A stretch of 64,000 nucleotides of DNA from a bacterium. Lineage in GTDB: Bacteria > Patescibacteriota > Minisyncoccia > Minisyncoccales > Minisyncoccaceae. The notes under the pieces were generated by a model. The model searched no databases and was not told the origin of the DNA. It saw nothing but the letters and a program-made list of their open reading frames with translations. Made by a program: the position numbers and the translations under genes. Positions 18,559 through 27,358 of this stretch are shown piece after piece (the stretch's first letter is position 1; each line of letters opens with the position of its first letter). The stretch lies in contig JBFZBB010000005.1 in assembly GCA_041308625.1 (NCBI GenBank), positions 8,798 through 72,797 of the forward strand, given 5' to 3'.

Positions 18559-19456
18559 ACTTAATTAGAATAAATAAACCAATAGCAATAACTATAACTG
18601 CTATTAATTTTTGAGCTAATATTCTTTTAGACAAAGACTCTTTTAAGTATTTAGGAAGATAAAAAGAAAGAATCGTAGTTAAAATAAAAAGAAAAACATA
18701 CTGTACTCCTTTTAAAGCATTAACAATTGCTAAATATGCTACCGGAACTAATACAATGGCCCAACTTTGAAATATTGTGGCTAATCCTCCAGAAAGTTGA
18801 GCCAGAATAAAAATAATACCAGTTTTTCCTTGACCTTCTTTTTTACGAATATCTTTTCTAACTCCTTTATCGAAAAGAAAGACTAAAGAAACGATTACTC
18901 CTAAAAATCTCATTAAGATAAAACCTGATATTAAATCTGTTTCTAAAAACACAAACTTTTGAAAAATAAAATCTAGAGAAAAAAGAAGAGCAGCAAAAAA
19001 AGAAAGACAAAGACTATCCTTTGTTAAAACATAATTCTTTTCAGAACTAATCAATATTCCTCCTAATAAAAGCAAAATAAAGGCAATAAGAATATAGTTA
19101 TTAAAAAGAGCTAGTGTACTAGGCCAAATAATTAATGCTATTAGAAATATAAAAATTGGTTGAGCTGCTCCAAGTGTTGGAATGACCCTTGAAACTTCGT
19201 ATTTCTCTAAAGCAAGAAAAAGAACATATAAACCCCAAACATAAACAATGGCGTCAAGAAAAGCCCAAATAAATGTTGCCTGATTGGGAAAGTTAAACCT
19301 AACAAAGGGAAGAGCCAATAAAACAAAAATGCTCAAAAAACTAACATAAAAAGCATATAGTTTGGGTTTTGGTGTCTTTTTTAAAATAACCTTGTCTCCC
19401 AAAGAAGCTAAGGCAAAAAAAAGATACCCAAGAATTGCAACAATTAACCACGTCAT
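18539..19456 (-). CDS. EamA/DMT-like 10-TM transporter
   Basis: Polytopic membrane protein of 305 aa with two similar 5-TM halves. Assigned by topology only. Confidence 0.4.
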   Translation of the reverse strand: MTWLIVAILGYLFFALASLGDKVILKKTPKPKLYAFYVSFLSIFVLLALPFVRFNFPNQATFIWAFLDAIVYVWGLYVLFLALEKYEVSRVIPTLGAAQPIFIFLIALIIWPSTLALFNNYILIAFILLLLGGILISSEKNYVLTKDSLCLSFFAALLFSLDFIFQKFVFLETDLISGFILMRFLGVIVSLVFLFDKGVRKDIRKKEGQGKTGIIFILAQLSGGLATIFQSWAIVLVPVAYLAIVNALKGVQYVFLFILTTILSFYLPKYLKESLSKRILAQKLIAVIVIAIGLFILIKYGNFSC

Positions 19457-20742
19457 TTTTCAATTATTTCTTTAATTTTTAATGCACCCATTTGTTCTCC
19501 TTCAATAAACCCTTCCATGGCAATCTCAGCCAATTGGCCATCTTTTAATAAATCAAATACCCACTCTTTTGCATAATCAATGTTTTCTTGCTCTATACCA
19601 AATCCATTCCTTAAAAGCCACGCTCTATTAAATTCTTCCTGAGAACCAATAGTTGGAGCAATAATCATTGGCAAGCCTAACGCTGAATAAAAAGAAAGTT
19701 CACTTGGCTTTGTCCATAAGACATCTGTTTTCCTTAAGGCTTTGTTAAATGAATCAAAATATTTTCCGAAATCTTTTTCATAAATAATTTCTACTAATTT
19801 TGTTTCTTTAACGAACTCGCTAATATTTAATTTTTCTATTTCTTTTTCAAAATATTCTTTTATATTTATTTTTGTTCCAGCAACTAAAATTATCTTTATT
19901 TCCTTATTAACTAAATTACTTCTTAATTGTCTTAAAACTTCTACGCCTATTTCTTTTTGTGCTCCTGCTCCTCCTACTGCAAACATAATTGTCAAAGGAT
20001 GATCTGACTTTGCGGGAAGCGTTCCTAACTTTTCTCTAATTAATCCTTTATAATGTTTTCTGTAATTTCCCAAAGGATCTAAATTAATGATTCTTTTTTT
20101 AACATCTTCTTTTAATATTTCTCTATTTTTTCCAATATTTTCCATTGGTAAAGGATAACCAGTTAAATAAACGTTTTCTTTTTTAACACCATATGATCTC
20201 AATCTATCAACAGTTCTTTTGTTGGGTGCAAAATATTTAATTTTACTTTTTTTAGGTCTTAATGGTGCCCAACTTCTAGAAATGTCTGCGTCACAAACAA
20301 CACAATAAACATCTCCACTATACTTTAACTCTTCTGCCATAAAAGCAGGCGTAAAAAACGTTGAAACAAAAGGTCTCTTATCTTTAGAAGAAAGTCTTTT
20401 AATCAAATCTTTTCCCCACCCTTTTTCAAAAAGAGAATACGTGCTTTTGTGATTAAAACCACAAGCTGATTCATCTTTTTTAGGATAAAAATCATTAATT
20501 TTTTGAGTCTTATCAAACAAAGAAAAAATAAAGTTTCCTATTATTGGAAATTTTTTAAATCGAGAAACAAATTCATAAAACTTTCTAGAGCTTTCCCAAA
20601 TAACTCTGTCTTTTGATGGTATCTCCTTGTAATCATTAGCATTAATAATCTTTTTTCTCACAGCCAAATCCTTCAAAGCATAAGCGGTTCTTTGATGCCC
20701 GTACCCCATATTAATTGATATGATCCATGCTTTTTTACTCAT
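19453..20742 (-). CDS. GT-B glycosyltransferase, MGDG synthase/UgtP-like (GT28)
   Basis: N-terminal MGYGHQRTAYAL (compare GNGH...A..L in UgtP). C-terminal TKPSELSFYSALGLPMIIAPTIGSQEEFNRAWLLRNGFG (compare KPGG.T..E....P......PGQE..N). Confidence 0.5.
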   Translation of the reverse strand: MSKKAWIISINMGYGHQRTAYALKDLAVRKKIINANDYKEIPSKDRVIWESSRKFYEFVSRFKKFPIIGNFIFSLFDKTQKINDFYPKKDESACGFNHKSTYSLFEKGWGKDLIKRLSSKDKRPFVSTFFTPAFMAEELKYSGDVYCVVCDADISRSWAPLRPKKSKIKYFAPNKRTVDRLRSYGVKKENVYLTGYPLPMENIGKNREILKEDVKKRIINLDPLGNYRKHYKGLIREKLGTLPAKSDHPLTIMFAVGGAGAQKEIGVEVLRQLRSNLVNKEIKIILVAGTKINIKEYFEKEIEKLNISEFVKETKLVEIIYEKDFGKYFDSFNKALRKTDVLWTKPSELSFYSALGLPMIIAPTIGSQEEFNRAWLLRNGFGIEQENIDYAKEWVFDLLKDGQLAEIAMEGFIEGEQMGALKIKEIIEK

Positions 20743-20759
20743 AAAATAATTATATCATT

Positions 20760-22184
20760 TTAAATAAAAATTTCCAACTCTTTTTTTCTTTTTTGAAATA
20801 AAACAAATAAAACAGTTGGAATATATAATATGAAAAACAATAAAATAGGTATTTCTAATTTAGCAAACGGTACCATGGCAGAATAATCTATCACAATAAT
20901 TAAATAAGAAAGAAATAATGATAAAACCATTGCCACGATCCAAGACAAAAAAGAAGAAACTAGTCCCAACAAAGGAAATAATATTCCTAAAATCATAATT
21001 ATTGGCAAAACAGCAAAAACTAAAATATTAGAAATTAAAGATACTAAAGAAAAATACCCAAAATTAATAACCAATATTGGCAAAACAAAAATTTGAGCAG
21101 CAATAGTCATTGCCAAAACTTCACGCAACCATTTAATATCAATTCCTTTTGACCAATAATTTAAAATCGGGCCCAAAACAATTATTCCCAAGGTAGCAAG
21201 AAAAGATAATTGAAAACCTAAATCATATTTTAATAATAATGGATTTAATAAAAGAATAATAAATCCGGCTAAAAACAATATTCTTAAATTAGATGTATTT
21301 CTTTCAAAAATCTGAGCAAAATATATTAATCCGATCATAAAGCCAGACCTTAAGGCTGATGCGGGGGCGCCAACAAAAACAACATATAAAAGAATGAAAA
21401 ATATTGAAAAAATAAGAACCTCTCTCTTCCATAAACCAAGTAAAAATAATAATTCCATGATTATTCCAGCAAAAAGAACAATATGAGCACCAGAAATAGC
21501 AATAGCATGACTCAATCCACTCAAACTAAGTTTTTGCTTAAGACTATCACTCATTTTTATTGTATTACCCAATATAGTTGCTTCAAGAATTGCTTCTTTA
21601 TCTAAGGTTAACTGTTTTTCGATTTCTTGACTCATTCTTTTTTTAAACAGTAAAATCTTTGTCATAAAAAAATTGCCTTGATCTTTATCAACAACTTTAA
21701 TTTGAGGATAAGACATGTAAGCAGTGATACCATCTTTTAATAAATAACCCTCATAATCAAAATCTTCAATCATTCCTGGCTTTCTTATCTTTCCCTTGAT
21801 TTGTATTTTATCTCCATAATCATATTCAGGAAAAACATTAGTTGAAACATTAATCTTTTTATCGTCAAAACAAACCACTATTTTCTGCTTATCATAATCT
21901 AGTTGCGGTTCTTTACAAATTATTCCAACAAAAGAAATGTCTGTATCAAAAACAAAATCATTTTCTTTTAAGCTAGATTGATAAAAATTAAAATACAAAA
22001 AAGATAAACCCAAAACAATAAAACAAAAACCTAAAACTAATGCTTTTTTAAACCAAATGCCAATCAAACTTAATCCAAAAATTAAAAACAAAAAAGGTAA
22101 AAACCAAAAATTAAAAAAAGAGGCAATAAAAATGCCTCCCATAAACATAATACAAAATAAAAATAAATTATCTATTTCCATCAC
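20760..22184 (-). CDS. comEC: ComEC/Rec2-family DNA internalisation channel, short form without the metallo-beta-lactamase domain
   Basis: DUF4131-like N-terminal OB region plus the competence domain with SGLSHAIAISGAHIVLF. The protein ends right after the membrane domain. Confidence 0.7.
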   Translation of the reverse strand: MMEIDNLFLFCIMFMGGIFIASFFNFWFLPFLFLIFGLSLIGIWFKKALVLGFCFIVLGLSFLYFNFYQSSLKENDFVFDTDISFVGIICKEPQLDYDKQKIVVCFDDKKINVSTNVFPEYDYGDKIQIKGKIRKPGMIEDFDYEGYLLKDGITAYMSYPQIKVVDKDQGNFFMTKILLFKKRMSQEIEKQLTLDKEAILEATILGNTIKMSDSLKQKLSLSGLSHAIAISGAHIVLFAGIIMELLFLLGLWKREVLIFSIFFILLYVVFVGAPASALRSGFMIGLIYFAQIFERNTSNLRILFLAGFIILLLNPLLLKYDLGFQLSFLATLGIIVLGPILNYWSKGIDIKWLREVLAMTIAAQIFVLPILVINFGYFSLVSLISNILVFAVLPIIMILGILFPLLGLVSSFLSWIVAMVLSLFLSYLIIVIDYSAMVPFAKLEIPILLFFILYIPTVLFVLFQKRKKELEIFI

Positions 22185-22786
22185 TTTTTAACAAACTTTT
22201 TAATTAAAAGCATCCCTGCAATAAAACCACCAACGTGAGAAGAATAAGCCACCATATCAGCAGAACCTAAAGATAATAACTGAATCACAAACCAAATAAT
22301 TATAAAGACAAAAGCAGGAATTGAAGCTGTTGTCCAGAACACAATAATTGGTACTATTGCCTTTATTTTATTCCTTGGAAACAAGATTAAATATGCCCCT
22401 AAAACCCCTGAAATGGCACCAGAGGCTCCGATCAAAGCGCTTTCCTTGTCTTCCATTAATGCATAAGTTAAAACAGAAATTATGCCACATAAAAGATAAA
22501 AGATTATAAATCTAAAGCTACTAATTTTTGATTCAATATTTCTTCCAAAAACCCATAAAAACAGCATATTACCCAAAAGATGTAAAATACTACCATGTAA
22601 AAACATTGAAGTAAGAATGGTATAAAGATTTCCATTAAAGAGATCTTTAAAAGAAAATGCATAGTTGTTGAAATAAAAATCTGGATTAGAAAAAGAAAGA
22701 AAAAAGAAATATATATTAAAAACAACCAAAGCAATTGTTACAAAAGGAATGCCCTTTTTTGTTTTTTCATCATATAAAGGAAGCAT
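22181..22786 (-). CDS. rhomboid-family intramembrane serine protease
   Basis: HGSILHLLGNMLFLW, catalytic GASGAISGVLGAY and HVGGFIAG. Confidence 0.8.
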   Translation of the reverse strand: MLPLYDEKTKKGIPFVTIALVVFNIYFFFLSFSNPDFYFNNYAFSFKDLFNGNLYTILTSMFLHGSILHLLGNMLFLWVFGRNIESKISSFRFIIFYLLCGIISVLTYALMEDKESALIGASGAISGVLGAYLILFPRNKIKAIVPIIVFWTTASIPAFVFIIIWFVIQLLSLGSADMVAYSSHVGGFIAGMLLIKKFVKK

Positions 22787-22789
22787 TTT

Positions 22790-23230
22790 TTATTTATTAT
22801 TCTTATTAATAATTTTAAAAATATAATTTATTACTGAAGTCAATGTTAAAATTATAAAATAAAAAGCAAAGACACCAACAGATGCAAATAAAACATAAAG
22901 CATATACCAAGACTGATCAGAACCCGTTCCCCAATTACCATACCTGCTAGAAAATATATTATTAAAGCCACCCAATGTAAACAAAACTAATATTATACTT
23001 AAAAAAACATACACCATTCTAACATTAAAACCTGATGCATTTTTTTCTTCTTGTGATAAAATTAATTTTTGTTTTTTTTCTTCAAATAGAATATTTTTAT
23101 ACATAATTAAAAACATAACTACAAACGGTAGAATATTTAAAATTATTGCAAAAAGCTTATCATGTTCCCCAATTACTCCAAGTAAATTTAAAAAAAGAAT
23201 TGCATAAAATATTTCAATTATTAATTTCAT
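22790..23230 (-). CDS. hypothetical 4-TM membrane protein
   Basis: Hydrophobic ORF tightly packed in the operon. No recognised motif. Confidence 0.45.
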   Translation of the reverse strand: MKLIIEIFYAILFLNLLGVIGEHDKLFAIILNILPFVVMFLIMYKNILFEEKKQKLILSQEEKNASGFNVRMVYVFLSIILVLFTLGGFNNIFSSRYGNWGTGSDQSWYMLYVLFASVGVFAFYFIILTLTSVINYIFKIINKNNK

Positions 23231-23238
23231 ATTAATAT

Positions 23239-23937
23239 TTATCTTATTTTTATAATTTCAAATAAAAAAGAAAATTCTTTCAACACTTCTTTTAAATCTT
23301 CTTCTGGAAAGGGTTTTAAATTAGTATAAGCTGGATCAATTGTTTCTTTTTCTCCGTGAAATGTTTGTAAAAAATATTTCTTGGCTTTACCAATATCATT
23401 AGCCATTTCAACAATACTTTCTTTTGTATGAATTCCAGGAACAATAGTTGTTCTGAATTCATAATCAATTCCTGAATTTTTAATCAATCCTATGCTTTCC
23501 TTTATTTTCGAAATATCAATATTAATTCCCGTAGCCAAAGAATAATCCTTAAAACAAGATTTAACATCCATGGCAATATAGTCAAGAAGGTTTTCATCAA
23601 TCAATTCTTTTAATCTTTCGGGCAGATAACCATTTGTATCAAGTTTAATTAAATAACCTATTTTTTTAATCTCTTTAATAAAACCTTTTAAATCATTATT
23701 AATTGTTGGTTCTCCTCCACATAAAACGCAAGCATCGATCATTCCTTTTCTTTCTTTTAAAAAAGCAAAAAACTTTTTGGAATCAATTTCTGGTTGTTTT
23801 TTAATATCAACCGGCAAAACCAATTCTTTTGAATAGCAAAAAGGGCATCTAAAATTACACCCTGATAAAAATACAGTGCAAGCTATTTTTCCTGGATAAT
23901 CAACTAAAGTAACTTTTTGAAGTCCTCCGATTTTCAT
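23239..23937 (-). CDS. nrdG: anaerobic ribonucleoside-triphosphate reductase activating protein (radical SAM)
   Basis: CNFRCPFCYS (CxxxCxxC) and GGEPT. It lies immediately downstream of nrdD. Confidence 0.85.
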   Translation of the reverse strand: MKIGGLQKVTLVDYPGKIACTVFLSGCNFRCPFCYSKELVLPVDIKKQPEIDSKKFFAFLKERKGMIDACVLCGGEPTINNDLKGFIKEIKKIGYLIKLDTNGYLPERLKELIDENLLDYIAMDVKSCFKDYSLATGINIDISKIKESIGLIKNSGIDYEFRTTIVPGIHTKESIVEMANDIGKAKKYFLQTFHGEKETIDPAYTNLKPFPEEDLKEVLKEFSFLFEIIKIR

Positions 23938-24215
23938 TAACTAATTTTAAATTCTTTTCTGTCCTCAAATTCTTGTTGTTTACCTTCGTTCCATTGAGAA
24001 ACAGGTCTTAAGTAGCCAACGACACGAGAATAAACTTCTGTTTCTTGAAAATTTCTTAAGCTTTTATTAATATTAAAACATTCTGAACATTTAAAAATAT
24101 CTTTTGATTTTCCATTTTCTAGATCATATTTTAAAAAATGACCATTCAAGATCTCTCCTTTGTTATTGATCTTTATTTCCTTACCACAGTCATGACAAAA
24201 AAATTGTTGATTCAT
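23937..24215 (-). CDS. stand-alone Zn-ribbon plus glycyl-radical module, duplicate of the NrdD C-terminus (GrcA-like candidate)
   Basis: 92 aa with CHDC...CSEC, then EVYSRVVGYLRPVSQWNEGKQQEFEDRKEFK. This is 30/31 identical to the NrdD C-terminus and includes the RVxGY radical glycine. The ATG lies 1 nt after the nrdD stop, and the stop overlaps the nrdG ATG (TAATG). Confidence 0.7.
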   Translation of the reverse strand: MNQQFFCHDCGKEIKINNKGEILNGHFLKYDLENGKSKDIFKCSECFNINKSLRNFQETEVYSRVVGYLRPVSQWNEGKQQEFEDRKEFKIS

Positions 24216-24216
24216 G

Positions 24217-27200
24217 TTATTTTTTAGTAAACATTGATGGTTTAACTTTGAATTCTTTTCTATCTTTGAATTCTTGTTGCTTACCTTCGTTCCATTGAGA
24301 AACAGGTCTTAAATAGCCAACGACACGAGAGTAAACCTCACATGGTTGTTCAATTGTACATTTAGGACAGTTAAAGTGTTTTCCAGAAATATATCCATGT
24401 GTAGGACAAATTGAAAATGTAGGAGTAATAGTAATATATGGTAACCTGTTATGTTCAAATGATTTCTTAATTAATGATTTTACTGTTTCAATATCACTAA
24501 TTTCTTCTCCAATAAATATATGCTCTACTGTTCCACCAGTATATTTGCACTGTAAATCATCTTGAAGTTTTAATTCTTCAAAAATATCATCAGTATAATT
24601 CACTGGTAATTGAGTTGAATTAGTGTAATAAGGAATCTTTTTTGTTCCGGAAGTAATAATTTCTGGGTAAAGCTTTCTATCTTTTTGAGCCAAACGATAA
24701 GAAGTTGATTCTGCGGGCGTGGCCTCTAAATTGTAAATATTCCCTGTTTCTTTTTGATATTCTACTAATTTTGCTCTCATGAAGTCCATTATTTCTAAAG
24801 CAAACTGTCTTCCTTTTTTAGAACCAATATCTTCTCCAATAAAGTTTAATAATGCTTCATTCATTCCGGAAATACCAATAGTTGAAAAATGATTAGCAAA
24901 GTATTGATTCTTCGCTTTTTTAACTCCTGCTAAATAATACCTAGAATAAGGATATAATCCTTTAGAGGTATATTCTTCTATTGTTTTTCTTTTAATTTCT
25001 AAACTTTCTTTAGCAACATCCATAACTGATGCTAATCTTTCTAAAAACTCTTTCTTTGTTTTGGATAAATATCCAATCCTAGGAAGGTTAACTGTTACTA
25101 CGCCAATACTTCCAGTTAATGATCCTGATCCAAACAACCCTCCTCCACCTCTGTTAGCTAATTCACTTAAATCAAGTCTTAAACGGCAACACATTGAACG
25201 TACATCCTCTGGCTTCATGTCTGAATTCAAGTAATTAGCAAAGTAATTTATTCCATACTTAGCTGAAGCTTCAAACAATCCGTCTAGCGCTGGATCATCC
25301 CAAGGAAAATCATGAGTAATGTTAATTGTTGGAATTGGAAAAGAAAAAGGTCTTCCACTCTTATCTCCCTTAAGCATAGCTGAATAAAATGCCTTAACAA
25401 ACATTTTCATTTCTTCTTCAAATTCTCCGTAAGTTTCTTTTTGAGGAATTCCTCCAATAATAACTGGCTGTTTAGCAAAAACAGCTGAAGGCTTTAAATC
25501 TAAAGTAACGTTTGTGAAAGGACAATTTCCAGTAATAAAGACTTTTCCATTTCTTCTAGCAATAATTGTTTGATTCTCTGTTGTTGGACACCAAATCACT
25601 CCATCATATTTTACCTTTTTAACATTAGAAATATATGTTTCTCTGTGTTTTACTAATCTTAATATGTATATATCTTTTTTACCAATAGTGGGTTTTCTTG
25701 TTAAAACTGTAAAACCATATCCAGCATTAACTGCAATCATTTGTAATCCATCTAAAAGATCTGCGTCAGTTGTAGCAATCTTACAATCTTCGGTTCCATC
25801 TGCTTTAAGGTAAGTTTCTAAAAATAATTTTGATTGCCTCTCACTTAAAGACAATAATATACTAGGAACAAAATGAATATTTTCCTTACTAAACCACTGA
25901 TGAATCTTTTTTGAGCCAGAAGCATCAATTCTTAGTCTTGCCACCTCATTACCTAAAGAAGCTGAAGAATATTCAGAATAATTAAGCTTAAAATGGTTCA
26001 ACAAAGAAATAATTTCATCGTAATTTTTCTTATTTTTAACTTTGGACTGATAAATACTTACTCTATAACAAGATCTATAATTATCTCCTGGTAATTCAAT
26101 GCTTCCCTCACCAATAATCCAAGCCATCAACTTAATCTGCTCATCAGAAATTTTAGCGTCTTTCTTATTGTTAATTCCTGCAATAGGAATAATAAAAGGT
26201 GACTTCATCTTAGAAACTTCTTCAATTGACTCTAAAATATATTCTCCTTGGTTAAATTTCTTTCTTACAACTCTATGTTCAGGAGAAATTAACTGATCCT
26301 GAATTCTGTTGGTTAAATTATACATTTCACCCTTGTAGTCTCTTTTAAACATTTTCAAAACTTGTTTGTCTTCAATCGCTTCTGTTTTCAAATTAAAGGT
26401 TTTAATAGTGTCTCCAAGTTTTACTTCTTCGTAATTTTTCCACCCTTCTGGAGTTAAAACTTCGGTATCTTCTGAAATACATTGAAAACCAACTCTAGTT
26501 GGCACAGCCATATTGTATAAAAATTCTTGAATAGCTTGTTCAACTTGAGCGTAACTTAAATTATCATAACGAATAAAGGGCGCTAATAATGTATCAAAGT
26601 TAGAAAAAGAAACTGCTCCTGCTGCTTCTCCTTGAAGCGTGTACATAAAATTAACAACCTGTCCTAAAGCTGATCTAAAATGTTTTGGTGGAAATGATTC
26701 AATTTTTCCATTTACACCTCCAAAACCACGAGAAATTAAATCATATAAGTCCCATCCAACACAATAACAAGCAAGAGTATCTAAATTATGTAGATGAACA
26801 TCTCCAGATTGATTTGCTTCTCTTACTTCTTTGGGATAAATTTTATTCAACCAATATTTTTTAACAATATATGAAACTCCATAATGATTTAATCCTTGTA
26901 AAGAAAAAGTCATATTAGAGTTTTCTTGAACTTCCCAGTCTAATTTATCTAAATAATCATCAACTCTATCTACTGCTTCTTCGCTGATCTCTTCTGCTTC
27001 TCTAATTCTTCTTCTTTGTTCTCTGTAAAGTATAAAAGCTTTGGCAGCAATTGCTTCTCCTTCCAAAATTAACACCTCTTCTATGATATCTTGTATTTGT
27101 TCGACAGTAGGAAGCTCATCTTTTTTAAATCTTCTATTTAAAATTTGAAGAATTTTATCAGAAATTGCTTGTGTTTTTTTTCCGTTACCTTGTTTGGTAG

Positions 27201-27297
27201 CAGTAATAGCTTTGAAGACTGCGTTAGTGATTTTTTCTTGATTAAAATCTACAATGTCTCCATTTCTTTTTTTAATTTTGAGAATTTTATTTTCCAT
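24217..27297 (-). CDS. nrdD: anaerobic (class III) ribonucleoside-triphosphate reductase with ATP-cone, interrupted by an intein
   Basis: N-terminal ATP-cone (KIKKRNGDIVDFNQEKI), NrdD core, and C-terminal CPTH...CPKC plus SRVVGYLRP glycyl-radical motif. The protein is 1026 aa, of which 319 aa are intein. Confidence 0.9.
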   Translation of the reverse strand: MENKILKIKKRNGDIVDFNQEKITNAVFKAITATKQGNGKKTQAISDKILQILNRRFKKDELPTVEQIQDIIEEVLILEGEAIAAKAFILYREQRRRIREAEEISEEAVDRVDDYLDKLDWEVQENSNMTFSLQGLNHYGVSYIVKKYWLNKIYPKEVREANQSGDVHLHNLDTLACYCVGWDLYDLISRGFGGVNGKIESFPPKHFRSALGQVVNFMYTLQGEAAGAVSFSNFDTLLAPFIRYDNLSYAQVEQAIQEFLYNMAVPTRVGFQCISEDTEVLTPEGWKNYEEVKLGDTIKTFNLKTEAIEDKQVLKMFKRDYKGEMYNLTNRIQDQLISPEHRVVRKKFNQGEYILESIEEVSKMKSPFIIPIAGINNKKDAKISDEQIKLMAWIIGEGSIELPGDNYRSCYRVSIYQSKVKNKKNYDEIISLLNHFKLNYSEYSSASLGNEVARLRIDASGSKKIHQWFSKENIHFVPSILLSLSERQSKLFLETYLKADGTEDCKIATTDADLLDGLQMIAVNAGYGFTVLTRKPTIGKKDIYILRLVKHRETYISNVKKVKYDGVIWCPTTENQTIIARRNGKVFITGNCPFTNVTLDLKPSAVFAKQPVIIGGIPQKETYGEFEEEMKMFVKAFYSAMLKGDKSGRPFSFPIPTINITHDFPWDDPALDGLFEASAKYGINYFANYLNSDMKPEDVRSMCCRLRLDLSELANRGGGGLFGSGSLTGSIGVVTVNLPRIGYLSKTKKEFLERLASVMDVAKESLEIKRKTIEEYTSKGLYPYSRYYLAGVKKAKNQYFANHFSTIGISGMNEALLNFIGEDIGSKKGRQFALEIMDFMRAKLVEYQKETGNIYNLEATPAESTSYRLAQKDRKLYPEIITSGTKKIPYYTNSTQLPVNYTDDIFEELKLQDDLQCKYTGGTVEHIFIGEEISDIETVKSLIKKSFEHNRLPYITITPTFSICPTHGYISGKHFNCPKCTIEQPCEVYSRVVGYLRPVSQWNEGKQQEFKDRKEFKVKPSMFTKK
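25525..26481 (-). mobile_element. intein with LAGLIDADG homing-endonuclease domain inside NrdD (residues 273-591)
   Basis: Block A is CISEDTEVLTPEGW (Cys1, codon TGT at 26481-26479). Block B is LISPEH. LAGLIDADG motifs are KLMAWIIGEGS and LFLETYLKADGT. Blocks F/G are YDGVIWCPTTENQTIIARRNGKVFITGN, followed by +1 Cys (AAT TGT at 25527-25522). The exteins join as VGFQ/CPFTNVTL. Confidence 0.8.
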
Positions 27298-27303
27298 ATA
27301 CCA

Positions 27304-27332
27304 ATTCTAAACCCCGCCAAAATTATTGTCAA
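27304..27332 (-). promoter_or_regulatory. sigma-70-type promoter for the nrdD operon
   Basis: Minus strand reads TTGACA (27332-27327), a 17-nt spacer, then TAGAAT (27309-27304). Only 6 nt separate the -10 element from the nrdD ATG at 27297. Confidence 0.45.
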
Positions 27333-27358
27333 CTTTGACAAATATTACAAAGATTGTA

